Made by a program: the position numbers and the translations under genes | The notes under the pieces: generated by a model | The model's input: only the letters and a program-made list of their open reading frames with translations | Database searches by the model: none | Told to the model about the DNA's origin: nothing | Shown here: positions 56,370-64,000 of the stretch, piece by piece | How positions within the stretch are numbered: position 1 is the stretch's first letter | How the letters are laid out: each line of letters opens with the position of its first letter | Origin: Alphaproteobacteria bacterium | GTDB lineage: Bacteria; Pseudomonadota; Alphaproteobacteria; Rhodospirillales; WMHbin7 | NCBI GenBank assembly: GCA_015231795.1 | Contig: JADGAX010000002.1 | Span: forward strand, 593,067-657,066 | DNA length: 64,000 nucleotides | Direction: 5' to 3'

Positions 56370-57377
56370 ATGCCCCATAAAGCACCCTATTCTTTCCTTT
56401 GGCTTCAGGCGGCGTCCTGCGGCGGCTGTACGGCGGCGGCGCTGGGGAGCGATCCCTCCTTCCTTGACAGGGCGACGCCAAACATTAAGTCATTGGCGCA
56501 TCAGGCGTTTTCTGAAGAATGCGGGGTTGAGTTCAGCCAAATTCTCAGTGCCGTGCTGGAAGGCGGTCTGGTTCTGGACGGACTGTTGATCGAAGGCGCC
56601 ATTTTGAACGGCCCCAACGGAACGGGGAAATTTCAAATGGCTCCTGGATTGGGCCAGCCCATGAACCGTCTGATCGCCGACCTGGCCGCCAAGGTGCTTC
56701 ATGTCGTGGCGGTGGGCAGTTGCGCCGCCTTTGGCGGCGTGGTGGCGGGATTGGGCAGCCGGACCCAGGCGGTGGGGCTGCAATATGACGGCGGCGAGGC
56801 GGGTGGACTGCTGGGGGCGGGCTGGCGTTCCAGAAGCGGCCTTCCGGTCGTCAATGTCGCGGGCTGCGCGCCGCATCCCGGCTGGATTGTGGAAACCTTG
56901 CTGCTGTTGGCTGATGGCGCCTTGGCCCCCGATGACCTGGATTCCTTCCAACGTCCCAGCTTCTTTGCCGATCATCTGGCGCATCACGGCTGCAACCGCA
57001 ATGAATATTACGAATACAAGGCCAGCGCCCATGACCCGTCGCAACAAGGCTGCTTGATGGAGAATATGGGGTGCCGGGCCACCCAGGCGCCGGGCGATTG
57101 CAATCGCAGGCGTTGGAACGGCGCCGGCTCTTGCACCAATGCCGGTTTCGCCTGCATCGCCTGCACGGTCCCCGGCTTTGCCTCCAGCGCCGACCCGTTC
57201 TTGGAAACGCCTAAGTTGGCGGGCATTCCGGTCGGTTTGCCGGTCGACATGCCCAAGGCCTGGTTCGTCGCCTTGGCGGCGCTGTCGAAATCGGCAACGC
57301 CGTCTCGCGTGCGCCGCAACGCCACGGAAAGCCGGATCGCCGTGCCGCCCGATCCCAGGTCAAGGAAGCCCAAATGA
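56370..57377 (+). CDS. hupU: H2-sensing regulatory [NiFe]-hydrogenase small subunit (HupU/HoxB, group 2b)
   Basis: LWLQAASCGGCT, VGSCAAFGG, GCAPHPGW, HHGCNRNEYYEYKASA, GCLMENMGC and CIACT. No Tat signal peptide. Confidence 0.88.
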   Translation: MPHKAPYSFLWLQAASCGGCTAAALGSDPSFLDRATPNIKSLAHQAFSEECGVEFSQILSAVLEGGLVLDGLLIEGAILNGPNGTGKFQMAPGLGQPMNRLIADLAAKVLHVVAVGSCAAFGGVVAGLGSRTQAVGLQYDGGEAGGLLGAGWRSRSGLPVVNVAGCAPHPGWIVETLLLLADGALAPDDLDSFQRPSFFADHLAHHGCNRNEYYEYKASAHDPSQQGCLMENMGCRATQAPGDCNRRRWNGAGSCTNAGFACIACTVPGFASSADPFLETPKLAGIPVGLPVDMPKAWFVALAALSKSATPSRVRRNATESRIAVPPDPRSRKPK

Positions 57378-58810
57378 CGCGTCTGATCGTGGGGCCGTTC
57401 AACCGCGTCGAGGGCGATCTTGAGATCAGGCTCGAGATCAAGGACGGGCTGGTGCAAGAAGCCTTTGCGACCGCGCCTCTGTTTCGCGATTTCGAGCATT
57501 TGATGGAAGGCCGCTTTCCGCAAGATGCGTTGGTGGTGGCGCCGCGCATCTGCGGCATCTGCTCGGTCGCGCAATCGGCGGCCTCGGCTTCGGCGCTGGC
57601 CGATTGCGTGGGCCTCGTCATGCCGCCCAATGGCCGCGCCGTCTTCAATTTGCTGCAAGCGCTGGAAAACGCCGCCGACCATTTGGTGCACTTCTCGCTG
57701 TTCTTCATGCCCGACTTCGCCCGCCATTTCTACGAAGGCCGACCTTGGCACGAAAAGACGGTTGCGCGCTTCAAGGCCCAGCAGGGCGAGATGGCCAGGC
57801 AGGCGGCGGCGGCGCGCACGCGCCTGTTCGCCGCCATGGGCATCTTGGCGGGAAAGTGGCCACATACGCTGGCCCTTCAGCCCGGCGGCTCGACCAAGCC
57901 GCTCGATCTGGCCGAACGCATCCGGCTATTGGAAATCATCGGCGAATTTCGTCGCTTCCTGGAAGGCGAGATATTCGCGGCCAATCTGGAACGCGTCGTC
58001 GTCTTGGCGACGCAAGGCGAGCTGGACGAATTGAAGCGGGGCGACTTCGGATTGTTTCTGTCCATCGCCGACGATCTGGACCTGTGGCGCTTGGGGCGAT
58101 CCCCTGCGCCCTTGATGAGTTGCGGGGCCTTTCCGGGATTGGAGGGCGAGGCGCATCTCTTCGCCTCCGGCCTGTGGCGCGATGGCGCTAGGCAGGAACT
58201 TGACCTTGCCCGCATCACGGAAGACGCCAGCCGGTCTTGGTTGCAGGGCGGTCAACCGCTGCATCCATCTCAGGGAACCACCCAGCCCGAGGCCGACAAG
58301 CCAGATGCCTATAGCTGGTCGAAAGCCCCCCGCCTTCTCGGGCAGTCGGTCGAGGTGGGGGCGTTGGCCCGCCAAGTCCTGGCCGGGCAGCCCTTGGTCA
58401 AGTCGATGTTCGCCGAATTTGGCTCGACCGTGGCGACCAGGGTGGCGGCCCGCTTGATCGAACTGGCAAGGCTGGTCTTGCAGATGGAGAGTTGGGCGGG
58501 CGCGCTTGATCCAAGGCAACCCTTCTGCGTGCCGTTTGCAGCCATCGACGTTGGCCAGGGCGTGGGGCTGATCGAGGCGGCACGCGGCACGCTCGGCCAC
58601 TGGTTGACCATCGAGCACGGAAAACTGAAGAACTATCAAGTGATTGCGCCGACGACCTGGAATTTTTCGCCCCGGGACGGCCAGCATCAACCCGGCCCGG
58701 TCGAAGCGGCACTGGTGGGAGTCAGGGTCGAGGAGGGGGAAAGCTCGCCGCTGGCCGTCCAGCATGTCGTGCGCTCGTTCGACCCTTGCATGGCCTGCAC
58801 GGTGCACTGA
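57374..58810 (+). CDS. hupV: H2-sensing regulatory [NiFe]-hydrogenase large subunit (HupV/HoxC, group 2b)
   Basis: GPFNRVEGDLE, L1 motif APRICGICS, and L2 motif SFDPCMACTVH ending directly at the stop with no cleavable C-terminal extension. Confidence 0.92.
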   Translation: MTRLIVGPFNRVEGDLEIRLEIKDGLVQEAFATAPLFRDFEHLMEGRFPQDALVVAPRICGICSVAQSAASASALADCVGLVMPPNGRAVFNLLQALENAADHLVHFSLFFMPDFARHFYEGRPWHEKTVARFKAQQGEMARQAAAARTRLFAAMGILAGKWPHTLALQPGGSTKPLDLAERIRLLEIIGEFRRFLEGEIFAANLERVVVLATQGELDELKRGDFGLFLSIADDLDLWRLGRSPAPLMSCGAFPGLEGEAHLFASGLWRDGARQELDLARITEDASRSWLQGGQPLHPSQGTTQPEADKPDAYSWSKAPRLLGQSVEVGALARQVLAGQPLVKSMFAEFGSTVATRVAARLIELARLVLQMESWAGALDPRQPFCVPFAAIDVGQGVGLIEAARGTLGHWLTIEHGKLKNYQVIAPTTWNFSPRDGQHQPGPVEAALVGVRVEEGESSPLAVQHVVRSFDPCMACTVH

Positions 58811-58825
58811 CGCAACAGGAAACAA

Positions 58826-58856
58826 ACATTCCACAATGTGGAAGATACGCTTCCAC
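58826..58856. promoter_or_regulatory. Overlapping palindromes, candidate enhancer (UAS) for a sigma54 activator
   Basis: TTCCACA-A-TGTGGAA (58829-43), GTGGAAG-ATACG-CTTCCAC (58838-56) and ACATT-CCAC-AATGT (58826-39), 75-100 bp upstream of the -24 box. Confidence 0.5.
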
Positions 58857-58882
58857 TCGCTCGTTTCTACAGACTTCCATCA

Positions 58883-58895
58883 TATAAATAAATTA
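58883..58895 (+). promoter_or_regulatory. Candidate IHF site
   Basis: TATAAATAAATTA has one mismatch to WATCAANNNNTTR and lies in an AT-rich patch between the UAS and the sigma54 promoter. Confidence 0.45.
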
Positions 58896-58928
58896 CCGCG
58901 ATTATGACGGGTTAGCGCTCCGGGCTGG

Positions 58929-58944
58929 TTGGCACGATCCTTGC
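58929..58944 (+). promoter_or_regulatory. Sigma54 (RpoN) -24/-12 promoter of the hyb operon
   Basis: TTGGCACG-ATCC-TTGC matches YTGGCACG-N4-TTGC exactly. Confidence 0.85.
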
Positions 58945-59139
58945 CCTACCAAAGGGTAGGGCGGTCTGCGCAAGCGGAGCTGACCCTAAAGATCGCGAAC
59001 CACGCGACAGGTTTCGTCAGGGAGGAGTGACCCCTATCGAATCCAGACCTTCAACCCTGGGCTTGCGGCCCCGAGGGCGGTTGGCGTGGTTGCGTTCTTG
59101 CCACTGGGTATGAGCGGACGACTTAAGAGGGGTAGCGAC

Positions 59140-60267
59140 ATGTTCCGAGATTCGATCGACGCGCTGGAAGCCAAGCTGGGACTCGAGCGCCGGACCTTCC
59201 TCAAGTTCTGCGCCGCCATGGCGGCGACCATGGGGCTGCCCAAGGGGGCCGAAGCCCAGATCGCCCAAGCCATCTCGACCCCGGCCAAGCGGCCTTCGGT
59301 GATCTGGCTGCATTTCCAGGAATGCACCGGTTGTACGGAATCACTGCTCAGGGCCGAGCATCCGACCATCGAAAAGCTGATCCTCGAAATCATCTCGCTC
59401 GATTATCACGAAAGCCTGTTCGCCGCCGCCGGTCATCAAGCAGAAGCCGCGCGCTATGCCGCCATGGCGGCCAACAAGGGCAAATACGTGCTGGTGGTCG
59501 AGGGCGCCATTCCGGTCAAGGACGGCGGCATCTACTGCAAGATCGGCGGCAAGACCGCGCTGGACATTCTGAAGGAATGCGCTGCCGACGCCGCGGCCAT
59601 CATCGCCATCGGTTCATGCGCTTCCTGGGGCGGTATGCCCTCGACACCACCCAATCCCACCGGCGCTTCGCCGGTCAACGCCATCATCAAGGACAAGCCG
59701 GTCGTCACCATTCCGGGCTGTCCGCCCAACCCCTACAATTTCCTCTCCACCGTCGTGCACTACCTGACCTTCGGGTCGCTGCCCAAGATCGACGCCGAGG
59801 GCCGCCCGCTGTTCGCCTATTCGCGCCTGATCCACGAAAATTGCGAGCGCCGCGCCCATTACGACGCCGGGCGCTTCGCCATGGAATTCGGCGACGAGGG
59901 CCACCGCAAGGGCTACTGCCTGTACAAGCTGGGCTGCAAAGGCCCCGAGACCTACGCCAACTGCCCCTCGATTCTGTTCGGCGACGTCGGATCGGGTTCC
60001 TGGCCGGTCGGCACCGGTCATCCCTGTTTCGGCTGCACCGAAAAGGGCGTCGGCTTCTACAAGCCCATCCATCAACTGGCCGACGTCAAGAACGTGGTGC
60101 CGCCCGCCTCTTATCCGCGCGTCGTGGAAGAGCAGGGCGTGGGCGCCACGCTGGGGTCGGCGGCGCTGGTCGCCGCCGTGGCCGGTCTGGCCGCCGGGGC
60201 GGGCTACAAGGTGGCTGGCAATCTCGGCAAGAACAGCAGCGGTTCCGACAAAGACAGCGCGGAATAA
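59140..60267 (+). CDS. hybO: Group 1c [NiFe]-hydrogenase small subunit
   Basis: Tat motif RRTFLKFC, QECTGCTES, GSCASWGG, PGCPPNP, IHENCERRAHYDAGRFA, CLYKLGCKGP, GHPCFGC and a C-terminal TM. Confidence 0.92.
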   Translation: MFRDSIDALEAKLGLERRTFLKFCAAMAATMGLPKGAEAQIAQAISTPAKRPSVIWLHFQECTGCTESLLRAEHPTIEKLILEIISLDYHESLFAAAGHQAEAARYAAMAANKGKYVLVVEGAIPVKDGGIYCKIGGKTALDILKECAADAAAIIAIGSCASWGGMPSTPPNPTGASPVNAIIKDKPVVTIPGCPPNPYNFLSTVVHYLTFGSLPKIDAEGRPLFAYSRLIHENCERRAHYDAGRFAMEFGDEGHRKGYCLYKLGCKGPETYANCPSILFGDVGSGSWPVGTGHPCFGCTEKGVGFYKPIHQLADVKNVVPPASYPRVVEEQGVGATLGSAALVAAVAGLAAGAGYKVAGNLGKNSSGSDKDSAE

Positions 60268-60278
60268 GGAGCCTGATC

Positions 60279-61280
60279 ATGACGCTCGATCGGCGCAACT
60301 TCATGAAGGCGGCGTTGGGCGGCACAGCCGCAGCAACGGCCGCCGTCGCCCTGCCCTCCAACAAAGCGCATGCGCGCGACAACAAAGCGATGCCGCCCAA
60401 GGCGGTGGGCCTGTTGTTCGATTCGACGCTGTGCATCGGCTGCAAGGCCTGCGTGACGTCCTGCAAGGACGCCAACGACATGCCTGCTGAATTTTCGACG
60501 CCCGACAAATTGTGGGATACGCCGCTTGACCTGTCGGGCAAGACGCTCAACGTCATCAAATCCTATGCCGAGGGCACCTCGGACGTGAAGGATCGCGAAG
60601 GCAACGGCTACGCCTTCGTGAAGAAATCCTGCCTGCATTGCGTCGATCCGTCCTGCGTCTCGGCCTGTCCGGTCACGGCGATGAGCAAGGATCCCGAGTC
60701 CGGCATCGTCTCGTACGACGCCGACAAATGCATCGGCTGCCGCTACTGCGTCGCCGCCTGTCCCTTCGGCGTGCCCAGGTTCCAGTACGACACCGCGACG
60801 CCCAGAATCCAGAAATGTCAGTTGTGCAAGCAGCATTTGGCCAGCACGGATGCGGAGCGCAAATACAAGTTCGCCGCCTGCGCCCAGGTTTGTCCGACGG
60901 GTGCGACCTTGTTCGGCCCTGTCGAGCTGTTGAAGGCCGAGGCCCAGCGCCGCCTTGAGCTTGAGGCGGGGGTTGCCGCCGTCTATCCGCGCGGCCATAT
61001 CGAAACGCCCTTCCCATCACACGAAAAGCCGGCGCCCGACTACAAGAAGCGCATCTATGGCGACAAGGAAATCGGCGGCACGCAGATGCTGCTGCTGGCG
61101 GGCGTTTCCTTCGGCAAGCTGGGTTATCCCGACCTGCCCGAGCAAAGCTACGCCGCCAAATCTGAAAGCCTTCAGCATAGCTTGTATGGCGGCATGATCC
61201 TGCCCCTGGTCGCCCTGGCTGGCCTGGCCTTCGCCACCAAGCGCACGGCGGGTGCTCATAAGAACGAGGAGGGTGAATAA
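60279..61280 (+). CDS. hybA: Hydrogenase-2 ferredoxin-like subunit
   Basis: Tat motif RRNFMK and four Fe-S motifs (CIGCKAC, CLHCVDPSC, CIGCRYC, CQLC...ACAQVCP). C-terminal TM. Confidence 0.92.
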   Translation: MTLDRRNFMKAALGGTAAATAAVALPSNKAHARDNKAMPPKAVGLLFDSTLCIGCKACVTSCKDANDMPAEFSTPDKLWDTPLDLSGKTLNVIKSYAEGTSDVKDREGNGYAFVKKSCLHCVDPSCVSACPVTAMSKDPESGIVSYDADKCIGCRYCVAACPFGVPRFQYDTATPRIQKCQLCKQHLASTDAERKYKFAACAQVCPTGATLFGPVELLKAEAQRRLELEAGVAAVYPRGHIETPFPSHEKPAPDYKKRIYGDKEIGGTQMLLLAGVSFGKLGYPDLPEQSYAAKSESLQHSLYGGMILPLVALAGLAFATKRTAGAHKNEEGE

Positions 61281-61281
61281 C

Positions 61282-62430
61282 ATGAAAGCCCAACCCATCG
61301 GCGGCAGGCTGGTATCGCCCGTCACGCTCGTTCTCATGGTCCTTATCCTGCTGGCGGCTTTTTTCGGCGCCCAACGCTTCCTGTTTGGCTTCAATTCGGT
61401 CGCCAACATCAATGACGGCTTTCCCTGGGGCATCTGGATCGCCTGGGATGTGGTGATCGGCACCGGCCTGGCCTGCGGCGGCTTCGCCCTGGCCCTGCTG
61501 GTCTATATCGCCAACCAGAACCAGTATCATCCCTTGATGCGTCCCGCCCTGCTGGCCAGCGTCTTCGGCTACACGCTGGGCGGCGTTTCGGTTATTTTCG
61601 ATCTGGGCCGCTATTGGAACTTCTGGCACATCTTGTTTCCCACCTACCAGCAATATGGTTCGGTCATGGTGGAAGTGGCCTTGTGCGTGGCCGCCTACAT
61701 CATCGTTCTGTGGATCGAGTTCAGCCCGGTGCTGGCCGAGAAGTTCGGCTGGACTGGCGTTAAGAAATTCACCGGCAAATGGATGTTCCTGTTCATCGCC
61801 CTTGGCGTGCTGCTGCCCACCATGCATCAGTCGTCGCTGGGGTCGCTGCTGATCGTCTATGGCCAGCAGATACATCCTTTGTGGCAAACCATGCTGCTGC
61901 CCTTGCTGTTCTTGCTGTCGGCCGTCGCCATGGGCTATGCCGTGGTGGTGTTCGAGGCCTGCGTTTCGACCGCCGGGTTCAAGCGCAAGATCGATCATGA
62001 GTTGCCGCTGATCGCCAGCCTGTCGAAGATCATGGCTTGGCTGTTGGTGGCCTTCATCGTCATCCGGCTGGGCGACATCGTGGCGCGCGGCGCTTTCGGC
62101 GCCATGTTCACCTCGGGCGTCAAGAGCTTCATGTTCTGGGTCGAGATGACGCTATACGCACTGCCGGTGGCCATGCTGCTGTCGCCGTCGGTCAAGCGCG
62201 ACGCCAGAATCTACTTCCTGGCCGCCTGTTCGATGCTGCTGGCCGCCGTTCTTTACCGCATCGACGCCTATCTGGTCGGCTATGAAACCGGTCCAGGTTG
62301 GAACTACTTCCCTGCCGTGCCCGAAATCATGATCACGATCGGCATCGTCGCCTTCGAGATCCTGGGCTACATCGTTTTCGTCCGCTTCTTCCCCGTCTTG
62401 CCCGGGCATGGCCCGGACAAGGCGCACTGA
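61282..62430 (+). CDS. hybB: Hydrogenase-2 NrfD-like membrane subunit
   Basis: GFPWGIWIAWDV, DLGRYWN, LPTMHQSSLG and about 10 TM helices. Confidence 0.92.
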   Translation: MKAQPIGGRLVSPVTLVLMVLILLAAFFGAQRFLFGFNSVANINDGFPWGIWIAWDVVIGTGLACGGFALALLVYIANQNQYHPLMRPALLASVFGYTLGGVSVIFDLGRYWNFWHILFPTYQQYGSVMVEVALCVAAYIIVLWIEFSPVLAEKFGWTGVKKFTGKWMFLFIALGVLLPTMHQSSLGSLLIVYGQQIHPLWQTMLLPLLFLLSAVAMGYAVVVFEACVSTAGFKRKIDHELPLIASLSKIMAWLLVAFIVIRLGDIVARGAFGAMFTSGVKSFMFWVEMTLYALPVAMLLSPSVKRDARIYFLAACSMLLAAVLYRIDAYLVGYETGPGWNYFPAVPEIMITIGIVAFEILGYIVFVRFFPVLPGHGPDKAH

Positions 62431-62445
62431 ACAGGAGAGCCTGCC

Positions 62446-64000
62446 GTGTCCCAACGCATCACCATCGATCCCATCACTCGCATCGAAGGCCATTTGCGCA
62501 TCGACGTCGAAGTCGACGGCGGCAAAGTCAAGAAATCCTGGGCCTCGGGCCAGATGTGGCGCGGCGTCGAGCAGATTCTGCTGGGCCGCGACCCCCGAGA
62601 CGCCTGGATCATCACCCAGCGTTTCTGCGGCGTCTGCACGACGGTGCACGCCATCACCTCGGTGCGCGCGGTTGAAAACGCGCTGCAGCTTGAAGTGCCG
62701 CTGAACGCCCAGTACATCCGCAACATGATCGCCTCGGCGCACGCCATCCACGATCATATCGTGCATTTCTATCATCTGGCCGCCCTTGACTGGGTGGACG
62801 TGACCAGCGCCTTGAAGGCCGATCCCGTGAAGGCGGCGGCCTGGATCGAGCAATATACCGACTGGCCCTTGAACAACCGCCACGTCATGACCGACGTCAA
62901 GAACAAGCTGGCCACCTTCGTAGGGTCGGGCCAGTTGGGTCCCTTCACCAACGGCTATTGGGGCCATCCGGCGATGAAGTTGTCGCCCGAAGTCAATCTG
63001 GTCGCCGTGGCCCACTATCTGCAGGCGCTGGAAGCGCAGCGTCACGCCAACAAGGTGGTCAGCACGCTGGGTTCGAAAAGCCCGCACGTGCAGAACATGG
63101 CGGTCGGCGGTGTGGCCAACCCCATCGCGCTCGACAGCCAGTCGGTGCTGTCAATTGAGCGCTTGTTGCTGGTCAAGGAACAGATCGACAAGCTGAACGA
63201 CTTCATCCAGAAGGTGCTGCTGGTCGATGTGGCCGCCGTGGGCGCCGTCTATGCCGACTGGACCAAATATGGCGCGGGCGTCACCAACTATCTGTCGGTG
63301 CCCGATCTGCCCATGGACACCAAGGGCGAAAAGTTCCTGATGCCGGGCGGCTATATCTCGGGCGGCGACATCTCTACCTACAAGCCGATCACCAGCTACC
63401 AGGACGCCTATTTCCGCGACGGCGTCGCCGAAAGCGTCAAACATTCCTGGTACAAGGGCGGCAAGGGCGCTCTGCACCCTTGGAAGGGCGAAACCAACCC
63501 CGAATACACCGATTTCCAGGACGACGGCAAATATTCGTGGGTCAAGGCGCCCAGCTTCTACGGCAAACCCGCCCAGGTGGGGCCGCTGGCCAATGTGCTG
63601 TGCATGTACGCCGCCGGGCACAAGCCGACCCAGGCCTACGCCACCAAGGTGCTGGATACCGCCAGCGCGCTTTTGGGCCAGAAGATTCCGCTGGCCGCGC
63701 TTCATTCCACCATCGGGCGCATCGCCGCCAGGGCCATCCGCTGCGCCGTGATGGGCGAATATCTGACCGCCAACTGGCAGGCCCTGATCGACAACATCGC
63801 CAAGGGCGACACCAAAACCTTCAATGCGCCGGTTTTCCCCAAGGGCGAACAGATGGGCTTTGGCTATCACGAAGCGCCGCGCGGCGCCCTGTCGCATTGG
63901 GTGGTCATCAAGGACGGCAAGATCGCCAATTATCAGGCGGTGGTGCCCACCACCTGGAATGCGGCGCCCAGAAACGAGGACGACGCCATCGGCCCCTACG
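62446..64000 (+). CDS. hybC: Group 1c [NiFe]-hydrogenase large subunit; partial, runs off the right edge
   Basis: GTG start after AGGAG. Manual translation gives SQRITIDPITRIEGHLRID, L1 motif QRFCGVCTTVH, HFYHLAALDWVD, KYSWVKAP and EAPRGALSHW. Confidence 0.93.
   Translation, partial: MSQRITIDPITRIEGHLRIDVEVDGGKVKKSWASGQMWRGVEQILLGRDPRDAWIITQRFCGVCTTVHAITSVRAVENALQLEVPLNAQYIRNMIASAHAIHDHIVHFYHLAALDWVDVTSALKADPVKAAAWIEQYTDWPLNNRHVMTDVKNKLATFVGSGQLGPFTNGYWGHPAMKLSPEVNLVAVAHYLQALEAQRHANKVVSTLGSKSPHVQNMAVGGVANPIALDSQSVLSIERLLLVKEQIDKLNDFIQKVLLVDVAAVGAVYADWTKYGAGVTNYLSVPDLPMDTKGEKFLMPGGYISGGDISTYKPITSYQDAYFRDGVAESVKHSWYKGGKGALHPWKGETNPEYTDFQDDGKYSWVKAPSFYGKPAQVGPLANVLCMYAAGHKPTQAYATKVLDTASALLGQKIPLAALHSTIGRIAARAIRCAVMGEYLTANWQALIDNIAKGDTKTFNAPVFPKGEQMGFGYHEAPRGALSHWVVIKDGKIANYQAVVPTTWNAAPRNEDDAIGPY

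Noticed and set aside
59022-59113. Upstream ORF (GTG...TGA, 28 codons) in the hybO leader
   Set aside because: The GGAGGA sequence directly abuts the GTG, so the spacing is implausible, and the peptide has no regulatory-codon signature.

Overview
GC-rich alphaproteobacterial chromosome segment; gene content and order suggest Rhodospirillales (Magnetospirillum-like). It is densely coding, with about 65 CDS and one elongator tRNA-Met. I found no integrase, transposase, prophage or CRISPR array. Core blocks: rpsU, rluD-rpoH, etfB-etfA-hbd, psd-pssA, metX-metW, chorismate mutase-hisC-tyrC, a PduO-type cobalamin adenosyltransferase and lptG. Accessory or signalling blocks: a dCache-PAS-GGDEF-EAL protein; a DUF3018/PemK toxin-antitoxin pair with a perfect 16-bp operator; a MASE1 kinase with a FixJ-like regulator; a FeeM-like acyltransferase fused to a cNMP-binding domain; a membrane-anchored pseudokinase with a membrane partner; a CyaB1-like GAF-GAF-PAS adenylate cyclase coupled to a 36-aa-repeat coiled-coil protein; a TerB-like/CbbX-type AAA fusion; a DUF4242-cytochrome c peroxidase-Crp unit with its own candidate operator; a 2-oxoacid oxidoreductase whose delta subunit is fused to a DsrL/GltD-like flavoprotein; two GT39 + PAP2 lipid A remodelling pairs, one co-transcribed with an lptG carrying Asp at the E. 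coli K34 position; and an H2-sensing HupUV directly upstream of a sigma54-driven hybOABC (group 1c) hydrogenase operon that runs off the right edge. All family assignments come from motif recognition by eye, with no database searches. Start codons were adjusted by hand where an RBS or gene overlap supported it.
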